Below are positions 10,213 to 19,293 of a stretch of DNA of 64,000 nucleotides, one piece after another. The first letter of the stretch is position 1. Each line of letters opens with the position of its first letter. Origin of the DNA: Candidatus Micrarchaeota archaeon (GTDB lineage Archaea > Micrarchaeota > Micrarchaeia > Anstonellales > Bilamarchaeaceae). Under the pieces are notes generated by a model. That model was given only the letters and a program-made list of their open reading frames with translations. It was not told the DNA's origin and searched no databases. The position numbers were made by a program, and so were the translations under genes. The stretch spans positions 12,483 to 76,482 of the forward strand of contig CAZPWA010000001.1 of NCBI GenBank assembly GCA_964590665.1, given 5' to 3'.

Positions 10213-10665
10213 TTATATGCGTTTAATGTTGTGGTTTTTTATGATTTTTTTGATGTCAAATTTACCTGCTCTTGGTCCATTATAGTATATTATGAGCATT
10301 GTAACCAATGTTCCGATTCCTGCTTCTTTCCACATTTCAATTCCTACTAGAACCCCTATCGCTGCAGTTACCCAAACCCCAGCTGCTGTTGTCAGTCCTC
10401 TTGGTTTTCCACTTGATTGTCCCTTCCAAATTACTCCAAGTCCTAAAAATCCTATTCCACTAACTATCTGCCCAATGACTCTTGTTGGGTCGCTAGTTTC
10501 AACTCCAAAATTCATTATTGAAATTGATGCAAAAATGCAACTTCCAAGACAAATTAGTGCAAATGTTCTTTCTCCTGCCGGATTTTTCTTTCTTGTTAGC
10601 CCAATCAAAAATCCTATTATTGCTGCTAGGGTGTATTTTGCAAACATCAGTTCATCTGGGCTCAT
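10213..10665 (-). CDS. MgtC/SapB-family membrane protein
   Basis: Four-TM small membrane protein with MgtC-like 'GLTRKKNPAGERTFALICLGSC'; 150 aa. Confidence 0.65.
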   Translation of the reverse strand: MSPDELMFAKYTLAAIIGFLIGLTRKKNPAGERTFALICLGSCIFASISIMNFGVETSDPTRVIGQIVSGIGFLGLGVIWKGQSSGKPRGLTTAAGVWVTAAIGVLVGIEMWKEAGIGTLVTMLIIYYNGPRAGKFDIKKIIKNHNIKRI

Positions 10666-10700
10666 ATTTAAGAATTTAAATTAACCTTAATATATGTTTC

Positions 10701-10826
10701 GGGACCATGGGCTAACCTGGTAGACTGAAGCCTTCGGGTAAACTTTTGGGAAAAGTTTAATCAAAAATTTTCTCTTTAATTGTTTAGGATCAGGCTTTGA
10801 TCTGAGTTCAAATCTCAGTGGTCCCA
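10701..10826 (+). tRNA. tRNA-Pro(CGG) with a ~53-nt intron at the canonical 37/38 position
   Basis: Acceptor stem GGGACCA/TGGTCCC (7 bp) with discriminator A; T-arm CTGAG-TTCAAAT-CTCAG. Anticodon stem AAGCC/GGCTT with loop TTCGGG|...|A. Intron 10739-10791 forms a bulge-helix-bulge: 3-nt bulges GG|T and TC|A, central helix TTCG/AGGA (3 of 4 paired), inner helix AAAC/GTTT. The D-stem has one mismatch. Confidence 0.6.
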
Positions 10827-10860
10827 TCTCCTTTTTAATCTAATTGCAGTTATTCGTCTG

Positions 10861-11982
10861 ATGAAAATCGAAGAAGGCTCCATTTACTTATATTATCTAT
10901 TCGATATTGCAAATGAAATTCGACTGGAAAAAGTGGAAAAAGTTTTTGGAAAAAAGCCTGTCGAATCGAGTTTCACTTATAATCGAGTCACTCCAAAGCA
11001 GGTCTCTTATTCCCAAGCTCCTCTTTTGGTTAAATTGGGAAATCGCTCAAAAGAACTTGCTGGAAAAAAATATGATTACAAACTAAGTGCCAAAATATAT
11101 GATTTTGGCGCAATAAGCTTCCGACTTTCATTTCCTCTTGGCGGAGATTTTTCCACTTTGGTTTCGATAAGCGAACTTCTCAATGAAAATTCTGAGATTG
11201 AAAAAGATTTGAGAAAGGAGCTTGAAAAATTAAAGAGTGAACTTAAAGAATCCATCATCGCCCCTGCTCCCGAGCCTCTTTCCGAGGATTATCTTATTTT
11301 CCACATAAAAAAATCCGATGAAGCTTCTGTTTCATCGTTCTTTGAAAATAATCGTTCTTTATTTGCAAAAATCCTCCGCTCTGACTCTGGTCCTTTGAGC
11401 AATTCCCTGGTTTCTGATTCTTTGAAAAACTGCCTTTCTTATTTTTCTAGTGATTTGACTATTATTGATTGGAACTGCTGTATTATACTTGATGAGAATG
11501 ACGTTTCTGATGTTTTGGAAATAATTGAATTTGCAAATATTGAATTACTTGAACTTAGAAATTATGATTTATTTTTGGAAAAAGAATTGGTTGAAGTTTA
11601 TCAGTCCATCGATTCCCAAAATTCTCGGCCATGGTTTATTCCGACCATCTCCCCATTTTCCAATGTTTTGAAAAAACTTGAAAAAACCCGCTTGGATGTT
11701 TTGGAGCTTATTGAAAAAGTTGAAAATACTGTTAAGCTTTCTGGAGACCCGTATCTTGTTAAAATTTACCGAACATCTTCGGAGTGCTTTAGGATTAAGG
11801 AGTGGAAATCAAATGTTTCCTCCAAATTAGAAATTATGGAAGATTTTTACCAAACCTTCACTGACCGGCTTCAAAATGATCGGCTTCTTTTATTGGAATT
11901 TTTGATGCTTCTAATTTTTTTAGTTGAATTCATACTAATTATAATTTCTTTCATAAGCGGTGATGGTTCTGGAGTGCTCTAA
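10861..11982 (+). CDS. Hypothetical protein with a C-terminal TM helix (DUF155/RMD1-like architecture?)
   Basis: 373-aa mostly soluble protein ending in the hydrophobic segment LLLLEFLMLLIFLVEFILIIISFI; no recognisable catalytic motif. Confidence 0.4.
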   Translation: MKIEEGSIYLYYLFDIANEIRLEKVEKVFGKKPVESSFTYNRVTPKQVSYSQAPLLVKLGNRSKELAGKKYDYKLSAKIYDFGAISFRLSFPLGGDFSTLVSISELLNENSEIEKDLRKELEKLKSELKESIIAPAPEPLSEDYLIFHIKKSDEASVSSFFENNRSLFAKILRSDSGPLSNSLVSDSLKNCLSYFSSDLTIIDWNCCIILDENDVSDVLEIIEFANIELLELRNYDLFLEKELVEVYQSIDSQNSRPWFIPTISPFSNVLKKLEKTRLDVLELIEKVENTVKLSGDPYLVKIYRTSSECFRIKEWKSNVSSKLEIMEDFYQTFTDRLQNDRLLLLEFLMLLIFLVEFILIIISFISGDGSGVL

Positions 11983-12907
11983 TTTGTCTCCAAAAACATT
12001 TCGTTTCAAAACCGGCACAAAACTTGCTCTTCCCTCCTGGATAAAAATTAAGTATTCCGAAAATGCTGATTTTCACAAAATTGCCCAACTTGGATCTGCC
12101 TTTTCTCTTCACTCGGTGTGTCAAAGTGCACACTGTCCTAATCGTTCTGAATGCTGGAGTCAAGGAACTGCAACATTTATGGTCATGGGGGAAATTTGCA
12201 CTCGCGGATGTCGCTTTTGTGCAATTAAAACTTCTCTAACTCCTCCTGCGCTTGATTCCAATGAGCCTGAAAACCTATCTCGCGCAATCAAATCTCTTAA
12301 TCTTAAATACGTTGTAATTACTAGTGTTGCCCGGGATGATCTTTCTGATGAGGGTTCTTTGCATATTGCACAGTGCATAAGGGCAATAAAGAAATATTGT
12401 CCTTCTCTTTTGGTTGAAGTTTTAGTTCCTGATTTTAAATCCAAATCCCACTTGATTCAAAATGTTGTTGATGCAAAGCCGGATGTGGTTTCTCATAATC
12501 TAGAAACTGTTTCTCGGCTTACGCCTCTGGTTCGTGATCAGAGGGCAAAATATTTTCAGTCCTTAGATGCCTTAAACCTTTATCGAAAACTTTCAAATGA
12601 AAAGATAATCACAAAATCCGGACTCATGGTTGGTTTTGGGGAAAAAGAATCTGAAATTGAGCAATCTATGTTCGATTTGCTTAATGTTGGTGTTGAGATT
12701 CTGACTATTGGCCAATATCTTTCTCCATCTAATTCCCCCCGACATCTTCCAGTTTCTGAATATGTTTCTCCGGATCAATTTAAAAAATATGAAAAAATGG
12801 CTTATGATTTAGGCTTCAAATATGTCGCATCCGGTCCTCTAGTTAGAAGTTCGTATAAGGCAGCTGAGCCATTTATTCAAAAAATTCTTGCCACTCGATC
12901 CAACTAG
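11960..12907 (+). CDS. lipA: Lipoyl synthase
   Basis: N-terminal auxiliary-cluster cysteines CPNRSECW and radical-SAM 'CTRGCRFC' (CxxxCxxC); 315 aa. Overlaps the upstream gene by 23 nt. Confidence 0.9.
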   Translation: MMVLECSNLSPKTFRFKTGTKLALPSWIKIKYSENADFHKIAQLGSAFSLHSVCQSAHCPNRSECWSQGTATFMVMGEICTRGCRFCAIKTSLTPPALDSNEPENLSRAIKSLNLKYVVITSVARDDLSDEGSLHIAQCIRAIKKYCPSLLVEVLVPDFKSKSHLIQNVVDAKPDVVSHNLETVSRLTPLVRDQRAKYFQSLDALNLYRKLSNEKIITKSGLMVGFGEKESEIEQSMFDLLNVGVEILTIGQYLSPSNSPRHLPVSEYVSPDQFKKYEKMAYDLGFKYVASGPLVRSSYKAAEPFIQKILATRSN

Positions 12908-12946
12908 TCCATCTCATTTATATTTCTACTTTCAGTATCGCTACAT

Positions 12947-14011
12947 ATGCCAATAACCAAGGCCTTTGAGGGTAAAATTGATTATGTTCAAATTCTAGAT
13001 AAAGAGGGGAATATTGATCCTGATTTAGATCCCAAACTTGCCGATGAACTTCTCGATAAAATGTATCGCTTTTTGGTTTTAGCAAGAACTTGGGATAAAA
13101 AATGCCTTGCTCTTCAGAGAACTGGAAGAATGTATACTTATGCCCCTTTAGAGGGTCAGGAGGCAATTTGCGTGGGTGCTGCTCTTGCCCTTGCAAATGA
13201 TGATTGGGTTTTTCCAACTTATCGTGAAACCTTCCTTTATCATATTAGGGGCGCTCCTCTTTGGAAAGTCAATTTAGGTTGGATGGGTATGGAAGATGGC
13301 CTTAAATTAGATAAGTCTCTTCACTCGTTTCCCCTGGCTATTCCAATTGCAACGCAATATCCTCATTCTGTTGGTGCTGCATATGCTCTCAAATATAATA
13401 AAATAAAATCTGCCACCTTGGCTTTTGGCGGAGATGGCAGTACTAGCGAGGGGGATTTTCACGATGCCCTTAACTTTGCCGCAGTCCTAAATACTCCTTC
13501 TGTTTTTTTGGTTTCAAATAATGGTTTTGCAATTTCTGTTCCAAGAAAATGGCAAACAAAATCCGAAACCATCGCCCAAAAATCCCTTGCCTATGGAATC
13601 AGGGGAGTTCAGATTGATGGAAATGATATTCTTTGTGTTTATTCAACAGTAAAAAAAGCATTGGAGATGGCAAGAGAGGGCAAAGGCCAAATGCTTATCG
13701 AAGCAATAACCTATCGGATGGGCCCCCACACAACTGCTGATGATCCAAAAAAATATCGCTCTGAAGAGGAAGTTGCCTACTGGAAAGACCGCGATCCAAT
13801 CAAACGTTTCCAACTATATTTGAAACAAAAAGGTTTGTGGAGTCGAGAATATGAGCAGCGGGTTTTAGATGAATCTTCAAAAATTGTTGAAGATGCTGTT
13901 GCAAAAGCTGAAGAATATTCTCCTGATCCAAAAGAAATCTTCAAACATGTTTTTGCCAACTTGACTCCCGATTTAGAGGAGCAGATGCAAGAGTGTTTTG
14001 AAAAAAGGTGA
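12947..14011 (+). CDS. 2-oxoacid dehydrogenase E1 component, alpha subunit (TPP-binding)
   Basis: 'YRFLVLARTWDKKCLALQRTGRMYTY' and 'GGDGSTSEGDFHDALNFAAV' TPP motifs; 354 aa. Confidence 0.9.
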   Translation: MPITKAFEGKIDYVQILDKEGNIDPDLDPKLADELLDKMYRFLVLARTWDKKCLALQRTGRMYTYAPLEGQEAICVGAALALANDDWVFPTYRETFLYHIRGAPLWKVNLGWMGMEDGLKLDKSLHSFPLAIPIATQYPHSVGAAYALKYNKIKSATLAFGGDGSTSEGDFHDALNFAAVLNTPSVFLVSNNGFAISVPRKWQTKSETIAQKSLAYGIRGVQIDGNDILCVYSTVKKALEMAREGKGQMLIEAITYRMGPHTTADDPKKYRSEEEVAYWKDRDPIKRFQLYLKQKGLWSREYEQRVLDESSKIVEDAVAKAEEYSPDPKEIFKHVFANLTPDLEEQMQECFEKR

Positions 14012-14017
14012 CTGTTT

Positions 14018-14992
14018 ATGCGCATTAACATGGTTGAAGCGATCAATTCTGCACTCATGCAGGAAATGGAGCGCGACAAATCGATTGTAGTTATGGGTGA
14101 AGATGTAGGGGTTGATGGCGGAGTTTTTCGTGTCACCGATGGCTTATATTCTAAATTTGGGCGAGATCGTGTAATCGATTCTCCTTTATCTGAATCCGGA
14201 ATTATTGGCGTTGCAACTGGAATGGCTGCTTTGGGTTTAAGACCTGTTGCAGAAATCCAGTTCCAGGGTTTTGAGTATGTGGCATATCATCATTTTAATC
14301 AGCATATGGCAAGACTAAGAAATCGAACTAGAAGTTCCATAACCGTTCCAATGGTCGTTCGCCTCCCTTATAGTGGAGGAATCAAAGCACTTGAGCACCA
14401 CAGCGAATCCCTTGAATCGATCTATATTCATGTTCCTGGTCTAAAAGTAGTCGCTCCTTCTTCTCCGTATGAGGCAAAGGGATTACTTGCCTCAGCCTTA
14501 ATTGATGCAGATTCTGTTTTGTATTTTGAGCCAAAACGACTCTATCGTGCATTTAAGGAAGATGTTCCTGATGAGCGCTATGAAATTCCTCTTGGAAAAG
14601 CAAATGTTCTTATTGAGGGAAATGATGTTACTCTAGTTTCCTGGGGCGCTTACACTCATGTTTGCAAGGAAGTTATTGCTGATGCTCAAAAACAGGGTGT
14701 TTCAGTTGAGCACATAGACTTGAGGACCCTTTCCCCCTGTGATTGGGAAACTATTATTAAATCTGTTCAAAAAACCGGTCGTTGTGTAGTGGTTCATGAG
14801 GCAACAAAAACATTGGGCTTTGGGGCTGAAATATCTGCTCGGATTATGGAAAAAGCATTTTTGCATTTAGAAGCTCCCGTTAAGCGAATCACTGCATGGG
14901 ACATAACTATTCCATATCCAAAACTAGAAGACTACTACTTCCCTGATAAAAAACGAATATTGAATGGAATTTTGGAGACTGCGAGGTTTTAA
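14018..14992 (+). CDS. 2-oxoacid dehydrogenase E1 component, beta subunit
   Basis: 'MVEAINSALMQEMERD...VMGEDVG', transketolase-like C-terminal domain; 324 aa. Confidence 0.9.
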   Translation: MRINMVEAINSALMQEMERDKSIVVMGEDVGVDGGVFRVTDGLYSKFGRDRVIDSPLSESGIIGVATGMAALGLRPVAEIQFQGFEYVAYHHFNQHMARLRNRTRSSITVPMVVRLPYSGGIKALEHHSESLESIYIHVPGLKVVAPSSPYEAKGLLASALIDADSVLYFEPKRLYRAFKEDVPDERYEIPLGKANVLIEGNDVTLVSWGAYTHVCKEVIADAQKQGVSVEHIDLRTLSPCDWETIIKSVQKTGRCVVVHEATKTLGFGAEISARIMEKAFLHLEAPVKRITAWDITIPYPKLEDYYFPDKKRILNGILETARF

Positions 14993-14995
14993 TTT

Positions 14996-16237
14996 ATGCC
15001 AAAAGATTTTATTTTTCCTGATGTAGGCGAAGGAATTCACGAAGGCAAAATTGTCAAATGGCACGCTAAAGTCGGCGATTTTGTCAAAGCAGATTCAACC
15101 ATTGTTGAAGTTGAAACCGATAAGGCAATCGTTGAACTTCCTTCTCCTGCAACTGGTACTGTTTTAAAAATTAATCATTCTGCAGGAGAAACTGTCAAAG
15201 TTGGTGAAGTTTTGGTTGTTATTGGCTCAAAAGATGAATCTCTTCAATCTGATTTAAAATCCGATTCTCAAGTCTCTCAAACTGTTCTCCCTAAACCTGA
15301 TCTGTCGTCGATTGCTACTATCGCCTCCTCTGGTCCCACTCTTTTAGTTCTTGCAACTCCTTCGACAAGAAAGCTTGCAAGGGATCTTGGGATTGATCTT
15401 ACCAAAATTAAGGGAAGCGGTCCAAATGGAAGAATAATTCCCGATGATCTTAAGCAGGCCCCTGGGCACACAATTTCTTCTGTTTCTTCTCAAAATTCTG
15501 ATTCTCTAAAAATGCCCATTTCCCAGCTCAATATTGCTGATCAAAGAATTCCTCTTAGTGGAATTAGAAAAGTTATTTCTGATCGTATGCTCTATTCCAA
15601 AACCCATATTCCTCACGCTTGCGGAATGGATTTCATAGATGTAACTAAACTTGTTCAATTAAGGGAATCTGAGAAAAAAACTCTTGAAGAAAAAGGAATA
15701 AAACTAACGTACCTGCCTTTTGTAATTAAATCCTGTGCGTTGGTTTTGAGAAAATTTCCTTATCTCAATTCAAATTTTGATGATTCAAAGAATGAAATTA
15801 TTCTTAAATCTTCAATAAACATCGGAATTGCTGTTGATACTGCTGAAGGCCTGATGGTTCCAACTATTAAAAATGCTGATCAAAAATCAGTTGTTCAAAT
15901 TGCAAAAGAAATCGAATCTCTTGCTTCTTTGGCAAAAGAGCGCAAACTAAAACTTGAGGATATGAAAGATGGTACTTTCACAATAACCAACATCGGAAGC
16001 GTTGGTGGATTTTTTTCAACTCCAATAATTAATCCTCCTGAAGTTGGGATTTTGGGAGTTCATAGGATAAAAGATATGGCCCTTGTAATTGATGGAAAAG
16101 TTGAAGCAAGGAAAGTTTTGGGCCTTTCTCTCTGTTTTGATCATAGGGTTATTGACGGCGCCATGGCAACTTTGTTCATGAATGCAGTTAAGGAATATTT
16201 GGAAGATCCAAACCTAATGCTCCTTAGTATGATTTAG
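14996..16237 (+). CDS. Dihydrolipoamide acyltransferase (E2) with an N-terminal lipoyl domain
   Basis: Lipoyl-lysine motif 'VETDKAIVELPSP', E3-binding segment, catalytic 'DHRVIDGA'; 413 aa. Confidence 0.9.
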   Translation: MPKDFIFPDVGEGIHEGKIVKWHAKVGDFVKADSTIVEVETDKAIVELPSPATGTVLKINHSAGETVKVGEVLVVIGSKDESLQSDLKSDSQVSQTVLPKPDLSSIATIASSGPTLLVLATPSTRKLARDLGIDLTKIKGSGPNGRIIPDDLKQAPGHTISSVSSQNSDSLKMPISQLNIADQRIPLSGIRKVISDRMLYSKTHIPHACGMDFIDVTKLVQLRESEKKTLEEKGIKLTYLPFVIKSCALVLRKFPYLNSNFDDSKNEIILKSSINIGIAVDTAEGLMVPTIKNADQKSVVQIAKEIESLASLAKERKLKLEDMKDGTFTITNIGSVGGFFSTPIINPPEVGILGVHRIKDMALVIDGKVEARKVLGLSLCFDHRVIDGAMATLFMNAVKEYLEDPNLMLLSMI

Positions 16238-16245
16238 GTGTTCTT

Positions 16246-17658
16246 ATGGTAATGGGTCAACTTTCAACTGAAACTGATGTGGCGATAATTGGTGCTGGGC
16301 CAGGCGGATACACTGCAGCAATCCGAGCCTCTCAACTGGGTTTAGAAGTCGTTCTTATTGAAAAAGACAAATTAGGCGGAACTTGCACCAATGTTGGTTG
16401 CATCCCTGCAAAATCTTTGATTCATGTTGCAGATGTAAAGCATGCAAGTGAATCAAATTCATCCAAAGAAATCGGTGTGTCGTGCACTGTTGATTTTGAT
16501 TTGGAAAAAGCACAAAAGTGGAAAGATGGTGTGGTTTCTTCATTGGTTGGCGGAATTGAAAATCTGTGCAAATTCCGGGGAATCGAAGTCATAAAAGGAC
16601 GCGCGTTTTTCAACTCATCAACTTCTATTTCCGTTGAAACTGAAAGTGGACTTAGGACCATCAATTTCAAGAAAGCTATCATTGCAACTGGTACAAAGAT
16701 ACGAAACCATCCAAAAATACAAACTGATCATAAAAAAATCCTAAATTCAACCGATGTTTTTTCTGTTACAAAAGTTCCAAAAAATCTCATTGTGATTGGC
16801 GGAGGATACATTGGAGTTGAAATGTCCAATATGTTCATGAAATTTGGATCGAGCGTTTCCATTGTCCACCGCGGAGACAAACTTCTTAAAAATCTGGAGC
16901 CTGAAATAACTCAAATTCTTAATTCAAAAATGCAATCCTACGGAACAAAAATCTATTTTAAAAGTGAAGTTGAGCAGATTGATGGAAACAAGGCTCTAAT
17001 CAAAGGAGATGGAATTGAAAAATGGGTTCCATTTGACAATATAATTCTTGCAATTGGAAGAGATCCTAATCTGGATGGCTTGAATCTGGAAAAAACAAAA
17101 GTTCAAGTCAATTCTGAGGGTTTAATTCCTGTCTCTTCAAGCATGCAAACTGCTGATGAAAATATCTACGCAATTGGAGATGTCACTCCAGGCCCTCAAC
17201 TTGCCCATAAGGCGTTTAGGGAAGGCAAAATTGCCGCTGAATCCATTGCCGGTCTAAAGAGTGCCTTTGATAATTTAGCAATGCCGATGGTTGTTTTTTC
17301 TGATCCTGAAATTGCAACCGTTGGGTTAACTGAGGCAGAAGCTATTTCAAAAGGCCACAAGGTCAAAATTGGAAAAATGCCTTTTAGTGCAATCGGAAAA
17401 GCAAAAGCAATGAACAATACTGAAGGTTTTGTCAAAGTTGTTGCAAATGAGCAGGGTACTGTTTTGGGCGTCCATATAGTTGGAATTACTGCAGGAAGCT
17501 TAATTGGCGAGGGGGCATTAGCTGTTGAAAATTGTCTGAATCTTGAAGATTTGGCCCTCACAATTCATCCGCATCCAACGTTGCCTGAAGCTTTAGGTGA
17601 AGCTGCTGAGGATGCTCTTGGTACAGTGATTCATCTTTATCGAAATAAAAAATCCTAA
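16246..17658 (+). CDS. lpdA: Dihydrolipoamide dehydrogenase (E3)
   Basis: FAD motif GAGPGGY, redox disulfide 'GGTCTNVGCIPAK', C-terminal HPTLPE dimerisation motif; 470 aa. Confidence 0.9.
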   Translation: MVMGQLSTETDVAIIGAGPGGYTAAIRASQLGLEVVLIEKDKLGGTCTNVGCIPAKSLIHVADVKHASESNSSKEIGVSCTVDFDLEKAQKWKDGVVSSLVGGIENLCKFRGIEVIKGRAFFNSSTSISVETESGLRTINFKKAIIATGTKIRNHPKIQTDHKKILNSTDVFSVTKVPKNLIVIGGGYIGVEMSNMFMKFGSSVSIVHRGDKLLKNLEPEITQILNSKMQSYGTKIYFKSEVEQIDGNKALIKGDGIEKWVPFDNIILAIGRDPNLDGLNLEKTKVQVNSEGLIPVSSSMQTADENIYAIGDVTPGPQLAHKAFREGKIAAESIAGLKSAFDNLAMPMVVFSDPEIATVGLTEAEAISKGHKVKIGKMPFSAIGKAKAMNNTEGFVKVVANEQGTVLGVHIVGITAGSLIGEGALAVENCLNLEDLALTIHPHPTLPEALGEAAEDALGTVIHLYRNKKS

Positions 17659-17686
17659 TTTTTCTTTTATTTTTTGCGGATTTTCG
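17659..17686 (+). terminator. Oligo-T tract downstream of lpdA (candidate archaeal terminator)
   Basis: TTTTTCTTTTATTTTTTGCGGATTTTCG immediately after the TAA at 17656-17658; sits between convergent genes. Confidence 0.3.
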
Positions 17687-17733
17687 CTATCTCAAATATG
17701 TAAATTGAATGTTATTATTAACTATGAAAAAAA

Positions 17734-18111
17734 TTAGTTTTCGCTATATGCGCATCCTGACTTTTGGGCAAGATCCTGTGGTTTCAATTCTCCTGATGCC
17801 CTAACTCCATTTGGAAATTCCCATGTTGGATATCCATCTATTCCAGCATCCTTACAAACCTGAAGCTGTCCCTTTCCATCTGGCGTTGAACATTCCACAT
17901 ACTGAATTTTTGAAAATGAATTTCCAAACATCTTTTTCTGCTCATTGCAGTGTGGACACCAAAACGCACCATACATCTTGACTCCCTTTGCGCCAAGACA
18001 TGTGGCTAATTCATCCATTTTCTTTTGATTAGGGGTGCTTGTTGATAAAAGCAAATACCCCACGATCAAGATTCCTATTCCTAAAACAAGATACAAATGT
18101 AAATTTTTCAT
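17734..18111 (-). CDS. Membrane-anchored thioredoxin-like protein of the VKOR-associated Trx family
   Basis: N-terminal TM helix, then 'MYGAFWCPHCNEQKKMFG...IQYVEC...GIDGYPTWEF', which closely resembles the Trx-like domain fused to bacterial VKOR. No VKOR gene is in the window. Confidence 0.6.
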   Translation of the reverse strand: MKNLHLYLVLGIGILIVGYLLLSTSTPNQKKMDELATCLGAKGVKMYGAFWCPHCNEQKKMFGNSFSKIQYVECSTPDGKGQLQVCKDAGIDGYPTWEFPNGVRASGELKPQDLAQKSGCAYSEN

Positions 18112-18123
18112 CGTTTTCTCCCC

Positions 18124-19161
18124 TTAAGGTTCAATTACAACCTTCATTCCCTCTCTTTTATTTAGGATTTCAAATCCTTTTTCTATTTCTGATAATTTAA
18201 ATTTATGTGTGACTAGTTTTTCGAGTTTTATCTTTCCGCTATTTACAAATGAACTGGTTTTGTACCAAGTGTCAAACATTTTTCGACCGTTTATGCCGTT
18301 AAGTTTTATCCCCTTAAAAACAATATTTGTTGTGACATCTATTTCAAATGGCTTTGAAAAGACTCCTAAAATCGATGCTCTTCCGCCTGCTCTTAATGTG
18401 TCAAGTCCCATATTAAATGCATCTGGGCTTCCCGCCATTTCAAGAAATACATCCGCTCCTTTACCCTCTGTTTCATCCATGATGGTTTTTTTAGCGTCTT
18501 TTTCTTCTTCTGTATTGACAATCACATCTGCTCCAAATTCTTTTGCGAATTTGAGTCTTTGCTTGTGTCTATCAACTGCAATTATTTTTTCTGCACCTGC
18601 AACTTTACAAAGTCCAACTGCACATATTCCTATTGGCCCCATTCCAAAAATAGTCACGGTTTTTCCCGCAATTTCTCCATCAAATACTGTGTGTACTGCA
18701 TTGCCCAGTGGTTCCTGTGCTGTTGCAACCCAATGTGGAATTTTTTTGCTGTTTTTCCATGCGTTTCTTGCTGGAAGCTTTACATATTCGGCAAATGTTC
18801 CATTTGTGTCAACGCCCAAGATCTTCACATTTTCGCAGATGTGCTCATTTCCTGTTTTACATTGAAAACAGTGCCCGCAGGAAATATGTGTTTCTGCTGA
18901 AACATGGTCTCCTTCGGCCAATCCCTTTACTCCCTTCCCTAATTCTACAACTTCTCCAGACATTTCATGTCCAAAAATGTAAGGAATGTTTTTTCCGATT
19001 CTTTTTTGGGCCCACTGGTCCCAGTTATATATGTGCAAATCCGTTCCGCATATTGAAGTCGCTTTGACTTTTACCAAAACTTCATCGTCTCCTATTTTTG
19101 GCATCTGTGCTTCTTTAATTTCAAGTCCAACTTGAGGTTTTGTTTTCCATACTGCCTTCAT
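18124..19161 (-). CDS. tdh: L-threonine 3-dehydrogenase (Zn-dependent MDR family)
   Basis: 'MKAVWKTKP...VLVKVKATSICGTDLHIYNWDQWAQ', structural-Zn cysteines (CGHCFQCKTGNEHIC), Rossmann GxGxxG. Start moved to ATG 19161 (MKAVW). Confidence 0.85.
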   Translation of the reverse strand: MKAVWKTKPQVGLEIKEAQMPKIGDDEVLVKVKATSICGTDLHIYNWDQWAQKRIGKNIPYIFGHEMSGEVVELGKGVKGLAEGDHVSAETHISCGHCFQCKTGNEHICENVKILGVDTNGTFAEYVKLPARNAWKNSKKIPHWVATAQEPLGNAVHTVFDGEIAGKTVTIFGMGPIGICAVGLCKVAGAEKIIAVDRHKQRLKFAKEFGADVIVNTEEEKDAKKTIMDETEGKGADVFLEMAGSPDAFNMGLDTLRAGGRASILGVFSKPFEIDVTTNIVFKGIKLNGINGRKMFDTWYKTSSFVNSGKIKLEKLVTHKFKLSEIEKGFEILNKREGMKVVIEP

Positions 19162-19263
19162 AAGAATCAATATTCTTGCTTCTTCCTTATTTATAAAACG
19201 TCTCTTTTCTCTTCTCATGTGTTCGCTTTTTGGCGAATTTCCGCATTATGCTTTTTTATTCTT

Positions 19264-19283
19264 ACTTATCTTCACTTATCTTA
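19264..19283 (+). repeat. Tandem 10-bp direct repeat (ACTTATCTTC / ACTTATCTTA) in the tdh-kbl divergent intergenic region
   Basis: Two adjacent copies, 9/10 identical, immediately upstream of AGGTG and the kbl ATG at 19294. Confidence 0.5.
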
Positions 19284-19293
19284 AGGTGTTTTT

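Noticed and set aside
10292-10684. 130-aa plus-strand ORF antisense to the MgtC-like gene; likewise 9822-10067(+), 3345-3743(+), 3724-3942(+) and 12918-13217(-)
   Set aside because: Each overlaps a better-supported gene on the other strand and translates to low-complexity sequence without motifs.
18209-18865. 218-aa plus-strand ORF (and nested 113/119-aa ORFs) antisense to tdh
   Set aside because: Shadow ORFs of a strongly supported Zn-dependent dehydrogenase on the opposite strand. Low-complexity, Ser/Phe-rich translation.
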